DNA of 64,000 nt, taken from NCBI GenBank assembly GCA_003154195.1, contig PMCS01000024.1, positions 28 through 64,027 of the forward strand, in the 5' to 3' direction. Source of the stretch: Candidatus Omnitrophota bacterium. GTDB lineage: Bacteria; Omnitrophota; Gorgyraeia; Duberdicusellales; 4484-171. The position numbers and the translations under genes are program-made. The notes under the pieces are model-generated. The model was given only the letters and a program-made list of their open reading frames with translations. It was not told the DNA's origin and did not search any database. Positions 19,289-28,046 of the stretch are shown here, piece after piece (the stretch's first letter is position 1; each line of letters starts with the position of its first letter).

Positions 19289-19437
19289 GCTATCTCCTTG
19301 CTTCTTTTTTGGCCACAAATTAATCAATGTGTTTAGCCACTGATGCGCACGGATCGAACACGGATATTTTTTGTTTCATTGAAATCCGTGTTTATCCTTG
19401 ATAATCCGTGGCTAAATAAAACCAATGGCGTCGTTTG

Positions 19438-20304
19438 CTATTTAATATACTTTCCGATGATTATTTTCAACTTCTTTTTTGTTTCCACCGGGATGATTTT
19501 GCGATCGGTGATAATTGCGTACTTCAGCGCTTCATGACAGCTGCAAATTTTATCTTTTTCGATTAAAGGGATCGTTTCCTTGATGATTTGCTTGGCGTTG
19601 GCCACGTTTTTATTGAGATTGGCGATAATCATCTCCACGGTCACGGTTTCGTGGGACTGGTGCCAGCAGTCGTAGTCGGTAACCGCGGCAATGGTAACGT
19701 AGCATATCTCCGCTTCTCTCGCCAACCGCGCCTCGCTCATATTGGTCATGCCGATGATATCCATCCCCCAGGAACGGTAAAGCTTTGATTCGGCCAGGGT
19801 AGAAAATTGCGGCCCTTCCATATTGACGTAAGTCCCGCCGAAATGCATGCGAGCCCCGGTCTTTTGCCCTGCCGCGTAAACTTTTTTCATCAAGCAACCG
19901 CAGGTCGGTTGGGCAAAGCCGATATGCGCCACAATACCTTCCTCAAAAAATGTCTGTTTCCTGCCCTGGTTGGTGCGGTCTAAAAATTGGTCAGGCAGGA
20001 CAAAATCCATCGGAGCTAAATCTTCTTTCAACGAGCCGCAGGCCGATACCGAAATTATATGGGTAACGCCTAATTTTTTCATCCCGTAGATGTTGGCGCG
20101 ATAGTTTATTTGCGACGGGTTAATCCGATGGCCTACACCGTGGCGCGGTAAAAATACGACATCACTACCGGCGAGCTTGCCGGTGATATATTTATCGGAT
20201 GGTTTGCCGAAGGGAGTTGTCAGGGTTATTTTTTTTACTTTAGTTATCCCTTCGATATTATATAACCCGCTCCCGCCAATGATCCCTATTTTTGTTTTAT
20301 TCAT
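19438..20304 (-). CDS. mtnP: S-methyl-5'-thioadenosine phosphorylase / purine nucleoside phosphorylase (PNP family 2)
   Basis: N-terminus KIGIIGGSGLY and overall MTAP-like sequence. Confidence 0.75.
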   Translation of the reverse strand: MNKTKIGIIGGSGLYNIEGITKVKKITLTTPFGKPSDKYITGKLAGSDVVFLPRHGVGHRINPSQINYRANIYGMKKLGVTHIISVSACGSLKEDLAPMDFVLPDQFLDRTNQGRKQTFFEEGIVAHIGFAQPTCGCLMKKVYAAGQKTGARMHFGGTYVNMEGPQFSTLAESKLYRSWGMDIIGMTNMSEARLAREAEICYVTIAAVTDYDCWHQSHETVTVEMIIANLNKNVANAKQIIKETIPLIEKDKICSCHEALKYAIITDRKIIPVETKKKLKIIIGKYIK

Positions 20305-20490
20305 ACTTAGCTCCTGGGTAATGGTAAGGGTAACGATGCCCGTATAGGCTAAAGACTTGGTCAGGGTAAAGGTAAGGATGCCAGTATAGGTTAGGGTTAA
20401 GGTAAAGGTTTTAAGATTAGTATCAGCCCTAACCCTTGCCGTAACCCAAACTGGCTTCGTTACCCTAGCCCTAGCCTTAACCGATTTTTA
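20305..20490. repeat. about 170-bp imperfect palindromic repeat (GGTAAGG/GGTTAGG-rich arm versus CCCTAACC/CCTTAACC-rich arm), copy 1
   Basis: reverse complement of 20400-20490 matches 33440-33530 almost base for base. Confidence 0.8.
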
Positions 20491-21285
20491 CTAAGAATAT
20501 ATTTTAGCTATCTCGTCGCCGCGTTTGCGCGCTGCGTCGATTGCCGCGGCGATTATTTTATCCAAATGTTTCGCTTTGAACACTTTGCGGCCGGCTTCGG
20601 TCATCCCTTTTCTGGAGGTCACCTCATCGGCTAAAACGCCAAAATCTTTGCCGCTGATCACGGAAAGTTTCGCCGCGCCAAGAAACACTTGGTTTATCAT
20701 TGCCTTAGCGGTTTCCCGATCAAAGCCCGCCTTCACGGCGCCCTGGTAGATACTGTTCATGATATGGTAAACAAAACCCGGACCACATCCGGCGATTGCC
20801 GTAGCCTTGTTAATCGAGCGCTCATCGATTAATGCGGTTTTTCCTACAGTATTAAATATTTCCCGCGCCAGGCCGATGTCGTTGGCTGAGGCTAACCTGC
20901 CCTTACAGATAAACGATATAGATTCGCCGACACGCGCGGCAAGGTTCGGCATTACCCGTATCACTTTAACCCCGGTTAAATGTTTCTCAAAAAATTTTAT
21001 GTTTAACCCGGCGGCGATGGTGATGAACAAGGGTTTTTTGGCGATAAAAGCATTCTTATGGGTTTCGATAAAAGTCTTAATGTCTTGCGGCTTGATCGCT
21101 AATATCGTAACGTCGCTGTTTTTAATGAGTTCAGCGGGATTTTTTACCTGGTAGAGGTTTCTTTGCGTTTCGGTTTTCGGCGCGATATCGTAGAAACAAA
21201 CTTTACCCTTGTTTAATGCGGCCAGAGCCGTACCAATCGCTTTACCCATATTACCGAACCCGATAATTCCTATATTCTCAATCAT
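20491..21285 (-). CDS. proC: pyrroline-5-carboxylate reductase
   Basis: N-terminus IGIIGFGNMGKAI plus the ProC family C-terminal domain. Confidence 0.85.
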   Translation of the reverse strand: MIENIGIIGFGNMGKAIGTALAALNKGKVCFYDIAPKTETQRNLYQVKNPAELIKNSDVTILAIKPQDIKTFIETHKNAFIAKKPLFITIAAGLNIKFFEKHLTGVKVIRVMPNLAARVGESISFICKGRLASANDIGLAREIFNTVGKTALIDERSINKATAIAGCGPGFVYHIMNSIYQGAVKAGFDRETAKAMINQVFLGAAKLSVISGKDFGVLADEVTSRKGMTEAGRKVFKAKHLDKIIAAAIDAARKRGDEIAKIYS

Positions 21286-21412
21286 ATTTAAGGTGGTGAA
21301 GCCTTATAGTTTTCTGTAATAGTTGGGGCTTCACCCTGAGACAGAAATCATTCATCCACCGCATCACCTTTTGACTACGCGCAGCGCAGGCGTGAATTTC
21401 TGTCGAATGGGT

Positions 21413-21441
21413 AAGATAGCATAAAATATTCGGGGTGTCAA
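21413..21441 (-). promoter_or_regulatory. sigma70-like promoter TTGACA-N17-TATCTT upstream of proC
   Basis: minus strand reads cTTGACAccccgaatattttatgcTATCTTAc; 24 of 31 nt identical to the element at 26026-26054. Confidence 0.45.
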
Positions 21442-21463
21442 GAATTAGCGGGAAAAGAGGGTT

Positions 21464-23251
21464 TTAGGAAGGTTTTATCGTTACCGGGCCGCCTACGGCT
21501 TGCAGCTTCATGGCTTTATTGATTCTCAATGGTTTGTTTTCTCCGGCGCCGTAGACACCGGTTTTTATCGCTACCGTGCCGTAGCTGTTGACTTGGGTTA
21601 CTCCCTGGCTGACCTTGGATAAGGGGTGCTCAGGGGAACCGTCAGCGGTTCCGGAATTGGCTTTATCTACGAATATTTTATTATAGTTTACTCCTGACGA
21701 ATATACTGTTCCTTGATAAGAAAGGAATTCGCTTTTTGTCACTACGATATCATAATCGTCGGATTGAGTTATGATAAGGGAAAATACAGCGTTGCCGGAC
21801 GCGTCGGTAGTAGCCCGCCAGTAATCGCTTGGTGCGTTAACGGTAGAAATGGTAACCATCGCTTCTTCGATGGGGTTATTTTGTTCATCGGTGACGCTAA
21901 TGGTGATGTTTTCATTGGTGTTTATCTTTAAGGAATCAGGCTGCGAGACTTTCAGGTTTTTGGGTACCCCGGTCCAGAATCGGGTAGCGGGATCGCCGAA
22001 CCAGTGCCACTCTTCGAAAGTTATGTTTCCGCCATTCCACAGGCGCGATTTTCCATATAATTTTGCGTAGTTTAGCGCATCTCCCATCCCCCGCGGTGTT
22101 TCAGGGCGGGGATATAACGTATATTCCGAATATTCCGGCCAGAGGTAGTTCATCAAACCCCAGGTTAGAAAGCCGCAGTCAAAAGTTACCGCTACGCGTG
22201 AAGAGGCTACAATGCCGATTGCCCCGCCGTGGGGATTCCTTTCCAGGGCTTCACTAAAACAAGTATCGGCCGGGGTACCGGGGGGATCCATTCCATTGGG
22301 AGTATGAATTAAATCGAAAGCGCCGGTTAAACAAGTCATGCTCCATATCATCGGAAGTTTGTTCCCGTTGGTTAAATTGACGACATCGCTGGTGGAATAA
22401 GGTAGCGAAATAAGCCCCATGGTGCTGCCATGGCCGCTAACGTAGGTCAGCAGGGAACAGCCGGAGTTTATCGCCGATTGGATATCCGTGTTCTTACCGT
22501 CCCAGGCAAATTGGGGTTTTTTAAGGAAGTCCGGGATAGTACCGTTCATACTTCCTGCGGGGCCGGTGTCATTACCCATGTAAATTGGAAAAATGGTTTT
22601 CCATGTCTGGGGTGTAAGAGCTGGGTCGCAGTAATAAATACGCTTAAGGGAATAATTTTTCCGATTTTGCAAAAAGATTGCCACTTCTTCGCTGGTAAGG
22701 GCGCGCAAGTCGTCGAGATTGTCATGATCTTCATCCAGATAGGTCGAAACACAAGCGGCAGTAGTATAGAATGAATCGTCGTTTATTTTTTTAGTTTCAT
22801 AATCAATGATATCATTGACTCTTTTTACGGCCTGTTCGGGGGTGACAATGGAAATCCTGCCGTAAGCCAGGTCAGGGAAATAATCTTGACCGTCGAGGGT
22901 TGCGTAATAGAGATCGGTGGCTACTTGATCAGCCATATAATTAGTGGGGACAAACTGGGTGTCCCCGATGATTAAAAGATAGGCTGGTGCTGGATCCCAG
23001 GTATCATAGGCGTTTTGAACGTAGGCTTTTATCGCATCAGTGGTAGTACCGGTTTCTTCGGTGGTAGCGACTTTACTGATAAGACCGGTTTTTTTTCTCC
23101 AAGCGGCCAGAGTATCCGCTGCGGGCTTAAACTGTTTGTCGCAGACAATCAGATAGTCCGCGCCTTGCGCCAGCACACTGGGCGTAAATAAAGCGGAAAA
23201 TAAAATTATAAGCGGTAAAAATAAAATATTTTTTGGGAACGCTATCTTCAT
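21464..23251 (-). CDS. secreted C25 (gingipain-like) cysteine peptidase family protein
   Basis: signal peptide; YLLIIGDTQFVPT motif; GHGS catalytic-His context and a conserved Cys (SMTCLTGAFD); C-terminal beta-rich domains. Confidence 0.5.
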   Translation of the reverse strand: MKIAFPKNILFLPLIILFSALFTPSVLAQGADYLIVCDKQFKPAADTLAAWRKKTGLISKVATTEETGTTTDAIKAYVQNAYDTWDPAPAYLLIIGDTQFVPTNYMADQVATDLYYATLDGQDYFPDLAYGRISIVTPEQAVKRVNDIIDYETKKINDDSFYTTAACVSTYLDEDHDNLDDLRALTSEEVAIFLQNRKNYSLKRIYYCDPALTPQTWKTIFPIYMGNDTGPAGSMNGTIPDFLKKPQFAWDGKNTDIQSAINSGCSLLTYVSGHGSTMGLISLPYSTSDVVNLTNGNKLPMIWSMTCLTGAFDLIHTPNGMDPPGTPADTCFSEALERNPHGGAIGIVASSRVAVTFDCGFLTWGLMNYLWPEYSEYTLYPRPETPRGMGDALNYAKLYGKSRLWNGGNITFEEWHWFGDPATRFWTGVPKNLKVSQPDSLKINTNENITISVTDEQNNPIEEAMVTISTVNAPSDYWRATTDASGNAVFSLIITQSDDYDIVVTKSEFLSYQGTVYSSGVNYNKIFVDKANSGTADGSPEHPLSKVSQGVTQVNSYGTVAIKTGVYGAGENKPLRINKAMKLQAVGGPVTIKPS

Positions 23252-24027
23252 CCTCCGGTTTCTCCTTGTTTTTCCCGGTCTTTAAGGATAACTTCACCGT
23301 TAATCGCCATGCGGCGCATGGTTTCGTCGGTTTGTTTATTTTTTAATCGCCGTGGTATGCCTTGATGCTTGCCTGAAAAAGACACTCTTACCGTAAGGTC
23401 GGGATAGACCGACAATATCCGCTGTTTGGGATTGTAACGATAAGGGAAAAGCCAGACAAATGTGCATTCCTGCCCGCGGATTTTAGCCGGCGGATCAACT
23501 ACGACAAAGCTATCCGGATAGTCGGCGTCCCGGGAATAGGTTTCCGCGTGTTTAACGAATTTTTGTTTCGATTCTTTGCCGTCGGCCAACGGCGGTGGCT
23601 GGAGGGGCGAGATATCGATGTTATCGTAGGCCAAGGGCTTCCCCGGATCGATCTCTAATTTTATTTTTGTGCCGTTGGGAATGAGGATGAAATTACCGAA
23701 TACCGGTAAATTCGGTTTGCTTATTTCCAGCATCCCGGAGTCCGGAGCGGTGATGGTCGTATAAATTAGGCCATCGTCCATGATTTGGTTTTCTAAATAC
23801 ATTCCCGGAAGAGACACTCTAAGGGTAATCCCGTCGGCGGAAGAATCAAGGATAGTCGCGCCTTTGCCTTCAGGTTTATCTTTATTGCTGTTATCGGCCG
23901 ATTCATCCAAGGGCCTTAATTGTACCCAACGACGGTTATTTTCGGCATGGGCCGAAGAAATCAATAAGATCGTTGAGGCAATACCAACGACAGCAATCAG
24001 GGTTGTTTTTAAGTTCATGTTTTTCAT
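23248..24027 (-). CDS. secreted hypothetical protein (possible propeptide/accessory partner of the C25 peptidase)
   Basis: signal peptide; 4-nt overlap with the downstream peptidase gene. Confidence 0.4.
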   Translation of the reverse strand: MKNMNLKTTLIAVVGIASTILLISSAHAENNRRWVQLRPLDESADNSNKDKPEGKGATILDSSADGITLRVSLPGMYLENQIMDDGLIYTTITAPDSGMLEISKPNLPVFGNFILIPNGTKIKLEIDPGKPLAYDNIDISPLQPPPLADGKESKQKFVKHAETYSRDADYPDSFVVVDPPAKIRGQECTFVWLFPYRYNPKQRILSVYPDLTVRVSFSGKHQGIPRRLKNKQTDETMRRMAINGEVILKDREKQGETGG

Positions 24028-24039
24028 TAAACCGCCGGC

Positions 24040-25881
24040 TTATTGCAGGGTTACCAGTATTTTAACCAGCCCCTTGCCTTTGGCTAAACCGGTTAGCGCT
24101 TTGCCCAATATCGCCCCCCGGGCTTTGTTGTGGTTGGTGACTTTACGGGCGTGACCAGCCGTATTGGATGTAGTCAATAAATCACCCGGCTCGATCGCTC
24201 CGTAATCGGCATCGGCGTAGCAAAATACTCTTCCCACCAGGGCCACGGGTTCTCCGGCGTCACCCCTGTCTTTCTGGGACATTTGCAGTCCGGGTTTGAT
24301 TCCGCCCGCGCCGCTTAAAACGCCGGCAACAGTTTTATCGTATTCCTTAGCGCAAAGTTTTAGATTTTCGCTGTTTGCCGGGTCTATACAGACAACCATG
24401 CCGGGCTCAGCCTTGGGGCCTTCGATTTTGAATGGCTCGGCAACATCCGCTCCGCCGGTAATAGTGATTACCGAAGTTTTAGTCTCGCCGCTGACCTCCA
24501 GGGCGACAGAAGGCTGGCTTGTGCCGATTCCTACTTTGCCGCTGGCGATATAAACATTTGAGCCGGATTGCTTCCATGCTCCCCCGGCAGTGGTTTGTAT
24601 CGAGCCGTCGGGAAATTTAATTCCTCCATTTCCAACATCATTTGATATTATGATTTGCCCTCTCATCGTAAGCGGAGCGCTGATCGTGACACCGGCGTAG
24701 GTAAAGACTGTGCCGGTTGGTTTATCGACCGCCCAACCACATAAGATACTGGGATCGCCGGTAGTAAGTACTGAACCATCGGGGAATTTTACCCCTCCGT
24801 TGGTGGTTTCAATAACGCCGTTAACGGTGAGCTTAGAAGAAGGGTTGACTGTCCCGATCCCGACATTGCCGCCGGCCTGGATAGCAAGGACATCACTCCC
24901 CGCAGCGGTTTTAAATCTTAAATCATTGCCGCTTAAATATTCATACCACTTCAGCGCGTTGGCGGCATTGGCAAAAGCGAGGTTATTGGCATCCGCCCTA
25001 AGCTTCAGACTACCGACAACGTCCAGCCTTGTATCCGGGGTTGTCGTTCCGATACCGATATTTCCGCCTTTTTTTAATATTAGCCCTTGTCCTGAGATGC
25101 CGGAATCGCCGTAATGATATAAACCAAGAATAGAATTGCCACCGGTAAAGTATTGGTAGAAGATCCCCCCGGTTTCATTAACGGCTTCAGCTCTCCCAAG
25201 GTCTATTGTCAAATAATTCGCGTTCGCCAATGAAGGCTTGAAAAGTCTGATCATCCCCGCTGAACTATCTGCTCCCGGTTGCGAAACTTCCAGCGCACCC
25301 CCCGGCGTCGCCGTACCAATACCGACGTTACCGCCGCGGTAAGAAATATTACCCGAAGAGATGGCCCAGGGATTATTGTTGCTCGCCGCCGTAGCCTGGG
25401 TTGTGCCGTCGGGGAATTTAATCCCGCCGTTGGTAGTTTCGATTATGCCCGCTACGGTAAGTTTCGAAGTCGGGGCTGTTGTCCCGATACCGACATTACC
25501 GGAGAAATCCGCGTTGCCGCCAACGGATAATTTGTTCGTCGGAGCGGTTTCCCCAATCCCGACATTGCCGCTCGACTTTAGAGTGATTGCGTAAATATTT
25601 GACGGAGATAAAAACAGCAAGTCATTATTGCTGAAATACTCCCGCCACATTATATTGTTGGCGGCATTAGCAAAAATAATTCCTTGCGAATCGGAGCGTA
25701 GTTTAATACCGCCGGCAATATCCAGCTTTGCCTCCGGAGTGGTTGTTCCTATGCCGACATTGCCGCCGGTATAATAAATCTTACCGGTTTGTTCCAGCCA
25801 TCCGGCCCAGGCATAGGTGCTGATCGTTGTGGAGAAAGCCGCCGTTATTGCCAATCGTGTCAGCCAAATATTTTTTTTCAT
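24040..25881 (-). CDS. secreted Gly-rich repeat protein (GNVGIGTTxPxxKLxV repeats; tail-fibre-like) with a distinct C-terminal domain
   Basis: signal peptide; at least 8 repeats of the GGNVGIGTTTP motif; the C-terminal 150 aa are non-repetitive. Confidence 0.55.
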   Translation of the reverse strand: MKKNIWLTRLAITAAFSTTISTYAWAGWLEQTGKIYYTGGNVGIGTTTPEAKLDIAGGIKLRSDSQGIIFANAANNIMWREYFSNNDLLFLSPSNIYAITLKSSGNVGIGETAPTNKLSVGGNADFSGNVGIGTTAPTSKLTVAGIIETTNGGIKFPDGTTQATAASNNNPWAISSGNISYRGGNVGIGTATPGGALEVSQPGADSSAGMIRLFKPSLANANYLTIDLGRAEAVNETGGIFYQYFTGGNSILGLYHYGDSGISGQGLILKKGGNIGIGTTTPDTRLDVVGSLKLRADANNLAFANAANALKWYEYLSGNDLRFKTAAGSDVLAIQAGGNVGIGTVNPSSKLTVNGVIETTNGGVKFPDGSVLTTGDPSILCGWAVDKPTGTVFTYAGVTISAPLTMRGQIIISNDVGNGGIKFPDGSIQTTAGGAWKQSGSNVYIASGKVGIGTSQPSVALEVSGETKTSVITITGGADVAEPFKIEGPKAEPGMVVCIDPANSENLKLCAKEYDKTVAGVLSGAGGIKPGLQMSQKDRGDAGEPVALVGRVFCYADADYGAIEPGDLLTTSNTAGHARKVTNHNKARGAILGKALTGLAKGKGLVKILVTLQ

Positions 25882-26025
25882 AGCCCCTCCTTGTGCGGTT
25901 TAACCGGAAAACTTTTTATAGTGTTCGAGTATTAATATATAACATGCCAAGTTGTTGGGAACAAGGGGTAGGCATTAGGTAACTGAAAACGATTACAGCT
26001 GCCGGTCAATAAATTCCTTGCTCAT

Positions 26026-26054
26026 AAGATAGTATGAAATATTTGGGGTTCAAG
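26026..26054 (-). promoter_or_regulatory. sigma70-like promoter TTGAAC-N17-TATCTT upstream of the secreted-protein cluster
   Basis: minus strand reads cTTGAACcccaaatatttcatacTATCTTAt; paralogous to the element at 21413-21441. Confidence 0.4.
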
Positions 26055-26090
26055 AATTAGGAGGGTTGATGGAGTATACGAAAAACCAGG

Positions 26091-26591
26091 TCAGTATAGT
26101 TTTTTGCCCGGCAACTTATTCCAGTCACTGAACAACTGGTTACATTCACCAAGCAATAATCCGGGGACGATTTTTATCTTTATTTTTGCCAGCACCTTTA
26201 AACGGACATTACTGATCTTCATCTCATTAAAACCGATTTTACCGGCATCGGCAATACCGGTTCCATAAACAATAGTTCCTATCCTCGCCCAGTGGATTGC
26301 GCTAAAGCACATCGGACAAGGCTCGGTAGTAGAATAGATTATCGAACCGGAAAGGTCGAAGGTTTTGTTTTTGCGCGAAGCGATACGAATGGCATTTATC
26401 TCCGCGTGGCAGGTGGCGTCGTTTTTTAATACTGTATTGCGCGCCAGGGCAATGATTTTTCCGTCCTTGACAACGCAGGCGCCAAAAGGGCCGCCGTCCA
26501 TGCGCTTAAGGTTTTTCCTTGCTTCCTCAATCGCCCGGCGCATGTATTCGGGGTTTAATATATTCTTGCCGAGATTAGACTTGTATTTCAT
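26091..26591 (-). CDS. CMP/dCMP-type zinc deaminase (TadA / guanine deaminase-like)
   Basis: CHAEINAI and PCPMC zinc-binding motifs. Confidence 0.75.
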   Translation of the reverse strand: MKYKSNLGKNILNPEYMRRAIEEARKNLKRMDGGPFGACVVKDGKIIALARNTVLKNDATCHAEINAIRIASRKNKTFDLSGSIIYSTTEPCPMCFSAIHWARIGTIVYGTGIADAGKIGFNEMKISNVRLKVLAKIKIKIVPGLLLGECNQLFSDWNKLPGKKLY

Positions 26592-26630
26592 GCAGTAACC
26601 ACGCTAAAAAATTATACTATAAAGATAAAA

Positions 26631-26850
26631 AAATAAAACCTAAACCTACCACTAAAGCACCAAAATAAAAACAAAACCAAAATATTTACCACCAAGGCAC
26701 CAAGAGCACCAAGAAGATTAGTAGTTGCATTCTTTTCTTTGTGCCCTTTGTGGTAAGTTTTAGGTTTTATTTATATTCTATAGTTTTGACCTATAGTTTT
26801 TACTTTATATTTTTGTGTTTTGGTGGTAAATTTTTAAGTTTTTTTTAGTC
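26631..26850. repeat. four copies of the CTTGGTGGTAAAnTTTTGGTTTT intergenic element arranged as two nested inverted pairs
   Basis: reverse-complement-form copies at 26631-26665 and 26668-26718; plus-form copies at 26735-26775 and 26800-26848. Confidence 0.8.
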
Positions 26851-27837
26851 TTAATACTTCGGTTTATTTCGCCCTGATTTTTTGTAACCTTTGGCGAAAG
26901 GTTTTGGCGGCCGGGTGCTTGTTTTGTCCCAGGTTCTGGGTTTTCCTTTGCCTCTTTGGCCAAAGCCTTGTTTTTCCGCCGGTTTTTCCCAGGGACGGGT
27001 TTTGTGGCCGGCTTTTTTCCATGGCCTTGTCTCCTCCCGGTCTTTTACCCATGGCCGGGAACCATCACCGCTCTTTTTCCATAGCGCGGGGTCAGCGTCG
27101 AATTTTTTTCGCGGCCTTATTCCTTGCTCATCTTTTTCCCAAGGCTTAAAGCCGCCGCCGCTTTTCTTTCGCGGTTCAGCCGGAGCAAATTTTTTCCAGG
27201 GTTCGGTTGATTCCTCTTTTTTCCTCCATGGCTTGAAACCGCCGCCGGTTTTTTTCCACGGCGTGGACGCAGCCGTAAATTTTTTCCAAGGCTGAGATTT
27301 CCCTTTATCTTTACCCCAGGAATCGCGCTGCCCATCTTTTTTATGCCCTTGTTTGGGGCGGCCAGAGCTTTTATGGACAGGCGCGTTAGCGCTACCGCCG
27401 GCGCCTGAGGGGCCGCGGCCGTTCCAGGAATTACGCCGTCGCCGGCTGGTGTCCCATTGTTCATCCTTTTTCACCAAAGCCGAATCGCGGGAAAATTTTA
27501 TCCGGCGCGGCTCCGGCGCGGGACGGGAAATATTTTCAATCGGTGCGCTCCACGACAAAAACGCGTCTTTTTTTACGCTCGCGCGAGGTGCTTTAGGCTT
27601 AGACTGCGCTTTAGCCACATTAAGCGGCCGGTCAATAAATTCTTTGCCGTTTAGCGATGCGATTGCGGCGAGAGCCTGCTGATTATCAGGCATGGTAACA
27701 AAGCCAAAACCGCGCGATTTATCCGTATTCTTTTCCGTAACGATTACGGCGGAAGAAACGTCGCCAAAGTTTTCGAAAAGTTGCTTAAGGTCGTCCTTAG
27801 CCGCGCTGAATGATAAATTACCTACAAAAATTTCCAT
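26851..27837 (-). CDS. RRM-domain RNA-binding protein with a long basic PW[KE]K-repeat C-terminal tail
   Basis: N-terminal RNP-type RRM (IFVGNLSF...RGFGFVTM); about 240-aa low-complexity tail with more than 10 PWKK/PWEK repeats; SD AAGGAG. Confidence 0.75.
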   Translation of the reverse strand: MEIFVGNLSFSAAKDDLKQLFENFGDVSSAVIVTEKNTDKSRGFGFVTMPDNQQALAAIASLNGKEFIDRPLNVAKAQSKPKAPRASVKKDAFLSWSAPIENISRPAPEPRRIKFSRDSALVKKDEQWDTSRRRRNSWNGRGPSGAGGSANAPVHKSSGRPKQGHKKDGQRDSWGKDKGKSQPWKKFTAASTPWKKTGGGFKPWRKKEESTEPWKKFAPAEPRKKSGGGFKPWEKDEQGIRPRKKFDADPALWKKSGDGSRPWVKDREETRPWKKAGHKTRPWEKPAEKQGFGQRGKGKPRTWDKTSTRPPKPFAKGYKKSGRNKPKY

Positions 27838-28046
27838 ATATCTCCTTTAGGCTGGTTGGAATAATTCTACCATAGAAACTTATTTTAGCCACGGATTAAC
27901 ACTGATTTTCACGGATAAATGATGTATTCGTTAAGTTTTTGATAAAAATTCAATAACCAATAATGGTAATTTTTTAAATTTTATAATATTGTTTATCCAA
28001 ATCCGTGTTCCATCTGTGAAAATCAGTGGCTAAATAAACGCATTGG

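Noticed and set aside
20305-20490. GGTAAGG heptad repeats considered as a collagen-like (Gly-X-Y) coding region or a CRISPR-like array
   Set aside because: No open reading frame is maintained through the heptads. The repeat is its own reverse complement, meaning a palindrome rather than direct repeats with unique spacers. No cas genes are nearby.
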